Shown here one piece after another: positions 10,918 to 22,185 of a stretch of 64,000 nt of DNA; the stretch's first letter is position 1, and each line of letters opens with the position of its first letter. The stretch covers positions 5,084,001 to 5,148,000 of the forward strand of contig CM035359.1 in the NCBI GenBank assembly GCA_020137815.1, written 5' to 3'. The DNA comes from Hormiphora californensis. Taxonomy: Eukaryota > Animalia > Ctenophora. Under the pieces are notes generated by a model. That model worked only from the letters and a program-made list of their open reading frames with translations, was not told the origin of the DNA and did no database searches. The position numbers were made by a program, and so were the translations under genes.

Positions 10918-13900
10918 TGTGACGCCAGAAGGGTCATGATTCACTCCGTGTGTTCCGATGTTTGCCATGTTATGGGTGATTTGTGAGGTATCCTATTTAT
11001 CCCACAAATGTATCTATAATCTCAAAACACAGAAAGGTTTGGGTTGGGTGAACGTTAAGATATACGGCTAAAACACTAACAGCTATAGCGCAAACAATTA
11101 GCTTGAGCTTGATCTTGACTTCGTTATCAATTACAAAACACTGTACACCATCACGGTTCCAGTCCACACCAAGTCAACTTCACTGAGTATCACTCCAACA
11201 GTCAATCGTCAACCTCAACCTCAACTTCAACTGCAACACTCAACACCACTTCTGCACTTTCTTCTCCAAGTCCGTTCCTTTTATCTGACTTCTTCAGCAG
11301 GTCACATGACCGAGCACCTCTACGTGGCAGTCTCTCGTTCTCCCCCACTCGTCTCATCGTGATTGGCTGGGGCGCCCTGACGTAGGTAGTTCTTGCTCTC
11401 CTTCGTCCAGTGATCTGTATCTCACTCCGCTTGGTTGTCGGATCAACACCTCGTCGTCTACTACTTCTCTCTTCGTACTGGGTTCCTTTGTTCAGCTCTC
11501 TCAGCAAGCAACTAAAATCTAACCCTTCACTTATCACTTTTAACATAACAAAAGAACCCTAGCGATCTTTCAGCTTTCTTCTCTCACACACTAACAACCT
11601 AACAAACAAACCATTAATACTCAAGTCTGTTAGGTATAATTGAGGTGCAGTTAGTGCCATGATGTGCATATGATATGATCATTGCAGGTCGGAAAATTAC
11701 TTTCCTTATCAGACTTATAATTATAGTATAACCACAGGGGTGCAACCCCGCATCCACCCCTCTCCAAGAATGGAAAGGGTTTAATATGTTCTATTGAACA
11801 TCCCAGCAGTCTGCACCAAGACGGCTCCATTTCTCTGTCACATAGGAACAACTGCTACTAGTGCAATCCCGCACCCACCCCTCTTTCCAAGAATGGAAAG
11901 GGTTTAATGTTTTCAATTGAACATCTCAGCACCAAGACGGTACTTCATCTTCTGCCTCGTAGGAACAACTGCAACTGTCTCACTGCAACTGTCTCACTGT
12001 GTCGGATACCAATTCACTGACTTCCTCATGATATTGGCGGTGTTACTCGATTATCTTATCATCGAACAAGTGCTCTCCGGGCGAGCAATAGGGTTTTCGC
12101 CTATCTCTATAGAATCTACATTGGATTCTCCACATGAAACTAGAGAAACATCCATTAACGCTTTTTGAGCATTCCATCATGATCATTTCCATAATTACCT
12201 CCTCAGAGGCCTCTCTAGCTGGGTTTTGCACTCAAATTTGAGGCTCCGTTATCGGTATCCGTTATTGAACAATCAATTGTTCACTCCTTGATTCAGACCA
12301 ACCAAGATGGCGTCAACCTTCCGTGGCTTTTATCTGCACTTTGAGTTTGAGTTAACTCTCCGATCCTTACATAATTTACCAACTTTTGGTCCCTGTTGTA
12401 CCCGTAGACATATCGGTACCCGGAAAATAAAACTGAGCTTAGCATTTAGCTCACCATTTTAGCACAGTTTCTGCTAAACATCAGCTGCCATCAGAACAGA
12501 TTCTGACCCTCCAAAGCACAAACTAACAGTTGTGAGGCTCCGTCCTGCAATGTGGTCAGATCCGTACCTAGCATCGCTGATCTCATCAAGAGATCCTCTC
12601 TGATATTGTCACCTCTTGACAGTGACTCAGGCTCTTTCTCGTCAGCCCGACTCTGCTAATGGAGTCTCTCCGCTTTCACTCTCTCTCTATCTATCTCTCT
12701 ATCCCTCGAACGGGGTCTCTTATTCTCTCAATCTCTCCCACTCTAAAACAGTCTCTCTCCCAACGGAGTCTCTCAAACTGCCACATATCAATACTCTATC
12801 TCATCTCTTCTGTATCTATCGACTCACCTCTCAGGCTCAATGCATGTGCTCCCAAACTACTCACTTAATTAATACTTACCTGATTCAGATAATTCGAGAT
12901 TCCCAGACTACTTTACCTGCATAACTTCTATGGGAGGTATCCGAGAGTAACCAGCAAAAGAATAAGCCGTGTACCGGAAATAATCACCCAAGAAAGAGCT
13001 CTATAGAGGATTTCCGGTCCTCCAGACTCCAACCAGGGCGATCTACACAACCCAATCTCTCCCTGAAAACTCTCAAGCGACCTGTTCGAACAACACTTCT
13101 ATCACTCACCTTTTATTCAATACTCACTGCACTAAACTCAAGTGTTAACTCATTACCTGTAATCAAATCATCTCATTTCTCAAATCAATATCTCTTCGAA
13201 CAGGGTTATGGCCATAATTACGCTTAAAATAAATAATGATCACTCACTTACTTGCTATTTACCTCTGGCAGAAACTCATCCACCAGGCATTCCTCAATCC
13301 TCTCCCGCAGTGCAGATTTTTATCTCTCTTGCCTTTTTCTAATCTCAGCCTGGGACCCCATCTCATACTTTACCTGTATCTCAATCTCATAGTCATACAT
13401 TACCTGAATCTCAATCACATACATTACCTGTTTATCAATTTTGCACATGATGCATTACCTGATTCTTTATTTTACAGACGACTGCACTCCATCAACTCGT
13501 GTGCAGTAAATAGTGGGAATATATCTGCCAATCACGTATCCTTTTGGTTACTCAACAGTATCTTACTCGAGTGAGATCTTGGTCAATCATACATCTCATC
13601 ACTCCTCTTCCCACATTTGCCTTAATGGGGATTTGCTCTCCCTCATGCAGCCCAATTATTTTGAGGGTGCTGTGATCCAGGGAGCCTAGAAAAAGCTCTC
13701 CTCATCCTGCATTGTAAAAATCTCCATTGTCTTTTCGCAATGTAAAAGAAATACTCTCTGCAGATACTCTCTGCGGAGCCGTGCTAAATTCCAATACACA
13801 CTCGGCTCATTATGGATCACCTTTTGCCCTCAGGCACTTCCCGTTATCCCTCTCGACGACCCAGAACTCCATCAAGAGTTCATCCCTGCTGGTTATCTCC

Positions 13901-15855
13901 CCTGAGACCCTATCATTAGTTGTATTCACTATCACGCTCGTTCTGACAAGCATGCTGCTGGTTCTCTCTAACAGTCAACTCGCTGATTCGGTTAACCATC
14001 CTCTGCTGTTCCCTTTGCTGGATGCCTCGTGCCCTTGGGGCATAATCATCCTCATATTGTTCGTAGTAGCAATCATTAGGCCTCTCTCGTCCTTGATGTG
14101 TGTTTGGGTCGTTGTAACCCCGGTTCTCGTTTCTTTGAGCTGACTCAAATTGCCAGCAGTCTCTTCTCAAATGTCCCCATTCTCCATATTGCAAGCAGCT
14201 ATCATCATTCCTGTTGTCAATGTACTGCTGATGTCTCGGTCCTTCAGCTTCCGTTTGAGTTCGTAGAACTGCTATTTCGACATTTTCGGCAATGTCCGCT
14301 GATCTGATCCGAATTTGTTCTCTCGCCTGGTGTGAAATATCCAGGGTGACTGCTTCCTTTAGCAACTCGTTGAACGTCATAGAACTTATCCGTCGGATAA
14401 TCTGGATGCCAACTTCATCTTTTGCAATCCCTGCAGCCAGTGCGTCCTTGAGCACCGCTTCTCTCCAGATGATGGTATGATCATCACTTCCCGGAAATCC
14501 AATATTTCCTAGGTCTCTAAGTCGCTGTCCAAATTCATGGACCGTTTCTCCAACTTTCTGTTTAATATTCCTGATATTAAACCGGGCATTGAGCTCACTA
14601 TACTTGGAGCTATCCTCCAAGAGGTTTAAGACATCCTTCTTGTAGGCTTTCCAAGATGACTTGTCTAAGTCAGTAGATTGCAGGACTCTTTCCTGTGACT
14701 TTGGATCCAGGTATGTAACAAAGCCCTCAATTGCAGTAGCTTCATTAAATCCAATGACGTTCACATATGCTTCGTATCCACAAATGAACTGGCGCACACT
14801 CATTGTGGCGGGTGTAAATGCAGTCGGCTTCTTCATGCCTGTCGCAACAATTCTGCTCTGCATCTCTTTCTTGGCGTCAGTAGCACGCATGGCTCTCTGT
14901 ATTCTCAACAGTACCTTGACTGCTTTTTTGTTCTCTTCAGGCAATCCTGAAAGACCTTCCCTCTCGAGCATCGCATCGAGCTCTCCTTCCGTCAAAACCG
15001 CAGGTTCGAATCCTGGTAGTTCAGCACCATTTGTGACGCCAGAAGGGTCATGAATCACTCCGTGTGTTCCGATGTTTGCCATGTTATGGGTGATTTGTGA
15101 GGTATCCTATTTATCCCACAAATGTATCTATAATCTCAAAACACAGAAAGGTTTGGGTTGGGTGAACGTTAAGATATACGGCTAAAACACTAACAGCTAT
15201 AGCGCAACAATATCTTGACTTCGTTATCAATTACAAAACACTACACCATCACGGTTCCAGTCCACACCAAGTCAACTTCACTGAGTATCACTCCAACAGT
15301 CAATCGTCAACCTCAACCTCAACTTCAACTGCAACACTCAACACCAACTTCTGCACTTTCTTCTCCAAGTCCGTTCCTTTTATCTGACTTCTTCAGCAGG
15401 TCACATGACCCGAGCACCTCTACGTGGCAGTCTCTCGTTCTCCCCACTCGTCTCATCGTGATTGGCTGGGGCGCCCTGACGTAGGTAGTTCTTGCTCACT
15501 TTACTTCAGGGGTCTGTATCTCATCTCTGGTTCGCTGTCGGATCAACACCTCTTCGTTCTTACTTTCTCTCTTCGCACCAGGTTCCTTTGTTCAGCTCTC
15601 AGCAAGCAACTAAAATCTAACCATCCACTTATCACTTTTAACATAACAAAAGAACCCTAGCGATCTTTCAGCTTTCTTCTCTCACACACTAACAACCTAA
15701 CAAACAAACCATTATAACTCAAGTCTGTTAGAGTATAATTGAGGGTGGCAGTTAGTGCCATGATGTGCATATGATATGATCATTGCAGGTCGGAAAATTA
15801 CTTTCCTTATCAGACGTATAATTATAAGTATAACCACAAGGGGTGCAACCCCGCA
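10918..15855 (-). mobile_element. Gag-only LTR retrotransposon
   Basis: LTRs 15032-15855 and 10918-11752 (TGCGGGG...GTCACA on minus); PBS TGGTGCTGAAC.. starting at 15029; PPT GGAGAGGGGTGGA abutting the 3' LTR; 4-bp TSD TATA; no pol ORF in the internal region. Confidence 0.9.
13916..15082 (-). CDS. gag: Gag protein (388 aa) with degenerate CCHC knuckle
   Basis: Retrotransposon capsid-like motif KQKVGETVHEFGQRLRDL; CLQYGEWGHLRRDC knuckle with second C replaced by Y; ATG lies inside the 5' LTR. Confidence 0.85.
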   Translation of the reverse strand: MANIGTHGVIHDPSGVTNGAELPGFEPAVLTEGELDAMLEREGLSGLPEENKKAVKVLLRIQRAMRATDAKKEMQSRIVATGMKKPTAFTPATMSVRQFICGYEAYVNVIGFNEATAIEGFVTYLDPKSQERVLQSTDLDKSSWKAYKKDVLNLLEDSSKYSELNARFNIRNIKQKVGETVHEFGQRLRDLGNIGFPGSDDHTIIWREAVLKDALAAGIAKDEVGIQIIRRISSMTFNELLKEAVTLDISHQAREQIRIRSADIAENVEIAVLRTQTEAEGPRHQQYIDNRNDDSCLQYGEWGHLRRDCWQFESAQRNENRGYNDPNTHQGRERPNDCYYEQYEDDYAPRARGIQQREQQRMVNRISELTVRENQQHACQNERDSEYN

Positions 15856-16719
15856 TATAGAGGATTTTGTTGAAGGAGGTATCTGTATGTTGTTCTGTGA
15901 GCGTGCTGTGTGAGCCGTGAAATTCGAATTTGTCACCTGTACCCGGTGCAACATGTTGATAGAGTTGGCAGATTCGTAAAACTAGTAATAGTATAGAACT
16001 AAATAGTCATATTAATATGACATGAGGTATTATACTGAGTTATTATCAGTATAATTATACATGTAATCTCCTTGATACCAGCATCGTGTAATTGGTACGA
16101 GCAGTCAGTAGCAACATAATAGTAGAGTGGTCAGAGTTGAATAGCTCCTTCGGCATCTTATCTCTCTTTATTTATTATACCAATCTTTTGCTCTCTTTTA
16201 GCAAAGGTCTCAATTTTCGGTCGTGGCGAAGAGAGATATGATAAGAAAAGAGGAGAAATTGTTTGTTTTGATTAATGTTTGTCTGTGCCTTGGTCTCTGA
16301 TTGCTCTCTGGAGTCCTCTATGACTCGCAGAGTCGTTGCTACGGAAACTATCTTTATTATTACTCATGATTCGTGTCTCTCTGTTGTGAATCTTTCTCTC
16401 TGACTTGCAATCGAGTGGTATGTGATTTTTACAAAACAAACATTGAAGCTATCAAAGCATTCGGCATCGAGGGAAAAAAAAAGTGTATGATAATTTAGCC
16501 CTATTGTCTCTGAGTCCATGACTCGCAGAAGTCGAATTGGACTACGCTTTATTGAACTCATATTTCAGTGTCTCCGGTGATTTCTGACTCAACGAGGGAG
16601 GCCTTCAGAAAGAATTGGATCGGCCATCAGATTGATGAAGAATCTACGAAGGTGTGATAGATCGGAAAGATGATTGAGACGTTATGGAAATATCATATTC
16701 GGGCATGACGAAGGCGAGT

Positions 16720-17408
16720 AAAGAAGAGAGACAAGGGATGGAAATAGAGAGGAGATGAGGAGAGAGAGAGAGAGAAGGAGACGATAAGGAGAGAGGAACG
16801 AGAGAAGAGAGAGAGAGAGGGGATGGAGAGAGAGTGAGAGAGGAGAGAGAGGGAGGAAGAGAGAGCATAGTCGATGGTTCAGCTAGAGCACATGGCTGGA
16901 AGATCGACGGAGAGAGAAGGGACTGGAGATAGGAGAGGGTGAGTAATAGAGAGAAGTGGGTGCATAGAGATGAGAGCGTAAGAGCAGTGAGACGCGAGCA
17001 GATATGCTGTGTCTCTAATTGACTCTCTCTCCCCTTTTCTTTCCCTTCTCTCTTCTCTCTTTCTTTCTCTCTACCCTGCCCTTTCTTTTCTTCTTTCCCC
17101 TTTTCTCTCTTCCTGTTATTCTTCGCTTTCCTCTTTTTCCCCCCCCCTTTTCTTTCTCTCTCTCCTTTTCTTTCTCTCTACCTCCCTCTTCCCCTCTTGT
17201 TCTTTTCTCTCTCTTTTCTCCCCGGGTGAGAAGTGAAGCGAGGAGATATGGGCTGTGTTTTAATATGAAACATTGACTGATTTGCGTACGATGAATGCAT
17301 AATAGGCTCGTACGGGCAATCATCATCATCATACCGTACCTTCTCTCTTCAATCTCATTCACTCAACTTACCCTTTCTCCTCTTCTCTCTCTCTCCTTCT
17401 CTCTCCTC

Positions 17409-17442
<34 letters not shown>

Positions 17443-17460
17443 ACACATTTTTTCTGTTTT
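16720..17460. repeat. Low-complexity GA-rich then CT-rich tracts
   Basis: Direct reading; explains the S/L-rich and E/R/K-rich ORFs. Confidence 0.85.
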
Positions 17461-18380
17461 CTACTTCTCTCTATATTTTGACTCATCACGGATTATATTC
17501 GCCATGACTGTTGACTTTCTGGAGCCGTGTTGATGTATCGAGCCAAATTCTCGATTGCTTGTCGTTATGAAACAGAGTAGTTTCTGTGTAGGAAACAACG
17601 GCCTAAAAGGAAAATAGTGATCGGAGACTTGAGAGTACTGTGGTGTTACTGTACGATGTGTTGTGCAACGCAGGCCCAGGTTAACTTACCTGCGTCTTGC
17701 AACACCTTGAAAAGTGCTACCTTAACCAAATAAAAATACGTGGCATTGCGCTCGGGTTGATATACCATCCCGAGTTCTTTTGGTTAACATACTCGGGTAA
17801 TTTTGGTCCCTAAAGTTGGTCCCTAACCATGGTTATCTAGGGCGAACGCTTGCTCCAAGTACAACCACAGCCAGTCCAACAAAAAACAGCAATCATTATT
17901 CGGTAAAGTCCGTACGTGGGTTTTAATTCATTTCCCTCCTCCTTCACATCACCCTTCTTCTTGTTCTTGGACTTACAATCCTCCTGGTATGTGATTTTTA
18001 CAAAACAAATATTAAAGCTTTTGGTTCATTCGATAAACTTCCCATCTAATCGCGGATCTTGGCCTTATTGAAATCGATATCCAGGGACCAGGAGTGATGA
18101 TAATATTTTTGTGTTGGTATCGATATCCTGCGACTGTGTTATAGAGTTAATATTATCATCATCACTTCTTCTTAAATTGATGAAGATACTCAATTACGAG
18201 TGAAAATCGACGGAATGGTCACATGCAACAAATAAGCTTTTAATATGAGACTGTAGAGAAGAGAATGAGACCAAGATGGGGGGACCAAGATCTCTATCGA
18301 GATATTATAAGCCACGCTGCAGACGACGAAAAAAAGTTCTACAGTATGTAACTTGAAACAATATTTTGTTATCTGGTCAT

Positions 18381-19295
18381 CTCTATTATAATAAGCAAAT
18401 GAACGTCGTGATGAGGATGGTGACCTATCCACACGTGCAAATAGTGGGGGGTTGCCAAGGAGGTGGCTTGGAAGGGGTATTGGAGGGGGGATACTGCACG
18501 TGCATGTTTTTGGTTGTTTGTTGCGTGTTCCTGTGTGGTGTTTCGTGGTGCTTTGGGATCTACTGCTGGGACCTCCATGATTGCCAAAGCCTTTCTACCT
18601 ACGTACCCCGTTGATTCTCTACACAGCTACAATTCTACGGATCTTTATCACCTGATTCTACATGTTATTCAGCGGGATTTCCCTTGATGTTTGACACCAG
18701 CGTTCTACCACTCTACCAACCTCCGTATTCTTTACCCCGACATGGAGATACGAAGAGTAAGAGGGGGAGAGAGACATGGGGACGGTGGGGGGGGGTGAGG
18801 GACTTCAATGGGCTTTCTAGTCCTTATTATAATTTGCAAATGAACGTCGTGAGGAGTAGTGATGTAGTATCCCACGTGCAAATGGTGGGGGGTTGCCAAG
18901 GAGGTGCCCTGGGAGGGGTATTGGAGATTGTGGGGGGATACTGCACGTGCATGTTGTTTGTTGTTTATTGCGTGTTCCTGTGTTGTTCCTGTGGTGTTTT
19001 GGGATCTACTGCTGGGGCCCCCAAAGCCTTTCTACCTACGTACCCCGTTGATTCTATACACAGCTACAATTCTACGGATCTTTATCAACTGATTCTACAT
19101 GTTATTCAGCGGAATTTCCCTTGATGTTTATCAACAGCGCTCTACGGTCTACCAACCTCCGTATTCTTTACGCCGACATGGAGAGACGAAGAGTAAGAGG
19201 GGGGCATAGAGACGGGTGGGGGGGGAGGGGGGGCTGTTGTAGGACTTGACAATGGGCTTTCTAGTCTCTATTATAATTTGGAGATGAACGACGTG
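18381..19295. repeat. ~440-bp tandem duplication (2 copies plus the start of a third)
   Basis: Unit starts tattataat..aatgaacgtcgtga at ~18384, ~18826 and ~19269; shared internal blocks such as cctttctacctacgtaccccgttgattct. Confidence 0.85.
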
Positions 19296-19724
19296 ATGGT
19301 CGTTCGTTAGGCGGTATCTACGCGACAGACTGCTCCTTCATTAAGAATTTCAATGGCGTGTTGTGACGAAATATTGGTGAGCTGACGTAACTTGGTGACG
19401 ACATTGCGGTGACCTACAACTATGGCTCATGCAACTATGGCTCATAGAATCTATGAGCCATAGATGCATGCAACTATGGCTCATAGATTCTATGAGCCAT
19501 AGATGCATACAACTATGGCTCATAGAAATGTGATCTGATTAGGTTCTATGAGCCAAAACTAGTGAGACTGAGTGACACGTGAGTGACACGTGAGTGACAC
19601 GTGAGTGACACGTGAGTGACACGTGATAGATCGAATCATATAATATTGAATGAGCACAATATGAATAATGAGCACAAATGTAAACGATTTACATAATAAT
19701 AAATCTAATATTACATAATTAAAA

Positions 19725-20376
19725 TTACACTATCAGTTCATCTTGGATATAATGGTAAAAGGGGTCCTTCTTTAGACAGTTCATAGAGCTTTTCACGTGA
19801 ATCAGCAGCTCCTTAACACGATGTTTATTCAAATCTATGATCGGGTAGGTACTAAACAGCCGCCTTGCATTATCACTATCAGGATCCACAGTAAAAACTC
19901 TCCAACAGGTCTGATTTTCGAGAAAGTAGTATAGGTAGGATGTTCCCAGAAATTGCCTGGCTAAAGTTTCTGATCTTTCACACTCTTCCAAAACCTCCCG
20001 GTACTCGTTGAACGTTGTAGTGTTGTTCGTGACGTCGATAACAGCTAGTGAATCCACTGACAAATTCTAATGAGCGGGATGGATATGTGACAGTGTCACA
20101 TATCCACCCCCCTCACTGACACGATTCTGGGATGAGTCATTAGCAGAGTGAAACGATACGAGATACGAAAGTTATGATTCGGGGGAGCTCATTAGCAGTG
20201 TGAGACGATACAGTATATGGAACATGATTCGGGGAAGCTTATTAGGAGTGTTAGACGATATGAGACACGATTCGGAGAATGTTTTATCGCTTTTTCTATC
20301 TATCTCTAACTCTATCGATCTCTATCTCTTTTTGTCAATTATCTTGGACTTGAGAACCAGATGAGGTGCCTACCAT
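19725..20376 (-). CDS. Putative two-exon orphan gene in left foldback arm (~114 aa)
   Basis: Exon 19725-20066 (NLSVDSLAVIDV...IQDELIV*) follows a cattag acceptor; ATG|GTAGGC donor at 20372-20376 is in phase. The right-arm copy (~20968-21310) has a TGA and a frameshift. Confidence 0.4.
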
Positions 20377-21326
20377 TATACTATAATGCGAGCTGACGCT
20401 ACACACTTGGTGAGTTTAGTGCCCTTATTTTTGGTAATAAGAGCCTATCGATTCGCCTCATTGTTTTTACGAGGATATGTTGTTTTAGATGGAATGCGTT
20501 GGGTTTTATTTATTTTCGAGTCTTGCCAAACAGACCAAATTCAAACCATTCCATCTAAAACAACAACAATATTCCCCTAAAAACAACGGGGCTGAGCCGA
20601 CATCCAGATAAAAAAGGAAAAGGAGTATGGACAAAAATAAGGGCACCAAAGTTTGTAGCTTCCTCGCATTAGTATGGGTAGGTATCTCATCTGGTTCTCA
20701 AGATAATTGACAAAAAGAGATAGAGATAGGTAGAAAGAGCGATAAAACATTCTCCGAATCGTGTCTCATATCGTCTAACACTCCTAATAAGCTTCCCCGA
20801 ATCATGTTCCATATACCGCATCGTCTCACACTGCTAATGAGCTCCCCCGAATCATAAGTTTCGTATCTCGTATCGTTTCACTCTGCTAATGACTCATCCC
20901 AGAATCGTGTCAGTGAGGGGGGGGGGGTGGATATGTGACACTGTCACATATCCATCCCGCTCATTAGAATTTGTCAGTGGATTCACTAGCTGTTATCGAC
21001 GTCACGAACAACACTACAACGTTCAACGAGTACCGGGAGGTTTTGGAAGAGTGTGAAAGATCAGAAACTTTAGCCAGGCAATTTCTGGGAACATCCTACC
21101 TATACTACTTTCTCGAAAATCAGACCTGTTGAAGAGTTTTTTACTGTGAATCCTGATAGTGATAATGCAAGGCGGCTGTTTAGTACCTACCCGATCATAG
21201 ATTTGAATAAACATCGTGTTAAGGAGCTGCTGATTCACGTGAAAAGCTCTATGAACTGTCTAAAGAAGGACCCCTTTTACCATTATATCCAAGATGAACT
21301 GATAGTGTAATTTTAATTATATAATA

Positions 21327-21487
21327 CTAGTGGACCCAGGCCATCCTACGGATGGCATAAAACTGATCGTTGTTCATACCTCTCACTTCTCAGTTTCCTC
21401 TTAGTCCTACCTCTCTATCTCTCTCTCTGTCTCTCTCTCTGTCTCTCTCTCTGTATCTCTCTATCTCTCTCTGTCTCTCTCTCTGTC

Positions 21488-21518
<31 letters not shown>

Positions 21519-21864
21519 TCATTTTTATCTCAATTTCTCTGTCGTCACGTCTTTGCCTATTTTATATGGGGGATCTCATCACGCACAGTGGACTACTGGG
21601 TGAAATGTGGGATCTGATACTCACTGGGATGATCTGATAGTCACTGGGGTAATCTGATCATGGGTGGGGTGATCTGATCCTCTATGGGATGATCTGATCT
21701 TGGGTGGGGGATCTGATCCTCAGTGGGGTGATCTGATCATGCATGTGGGGTGCTCCTAGCATGCTACTTGTTACGTGATCTGATCTTGATGACGACGATT
21801 TAGGGACCACCAAACATGCATGGGTGGGATCAAGTTTCGGGTGTTTTTGCATTATATAGTAAGA
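21327..21864 (-). mobile_element. Non-autonomous Helitron
   Basis: On minus: 5'-TC...GCCATCCGTAGGATGGC hairpin...CTAG-3', inserted between A and T; the empty site is visible in the opposite foldback arm (~19710). Confidence 0.85.
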
Positions 21865-22185
21865 TTAGATTTATTATTATGTAAATCGTTTACATTTGTG
21901 CTCATTATTCATATTGTGCTCATTCAATATCATATGATTCGATCTCTCACGTGTCACTCACGTGTCACTCACGTGTCACTCACGCGTCACTCACGTGTCA
22001 CTCACGTGTCACTCACGTCCCTCACTCTCACTAGGTTTGGCTCATAGAACCTAATCAGATCACATTTCTATGAGCCATAGTTGTATGCATCTATGGCTCA
22101 TAAAATCTATGAGCCATAGTTGCATGCATCTATGGCTCATAGATTTTATGAGCCATAGTTGCATGAGCCATAGTTGTAGGTCACC

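Larger units (their letters stand above)
19408..22185. mobile_element. 2.8-kb foldback element (GG...CC termini, Merlin-like), arms ~1.1 kb
   Basis: GGTGACCTACAACTATGGCTCAT at 19408 is inverted at 22185; arms match inward to ~20530; subterminal hairpins and 12-bp gtgacacgtgag repeats; no TSD found. Confidence 0.8.

Noticed and set aside
10918-10968. Second gag start suggesting a tandem LTR array
   Set aside because: These 50 bp are part of the LTR itself (AUG inside the LTR); the TATA TSD lies immediately outside.
12230-12330. Integrase-like words (TDNG, RLTPSW) in the gag-only element
   Set aside because: Short, in non-canonical order and without a supporting frame; cannot be called pol without a search.
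14999-15029. tRNA gene (GGTTCGAATCC...CCA)
   Set aside because: No D-arm, anticodon arm or A-box; it is the element's PBS region.
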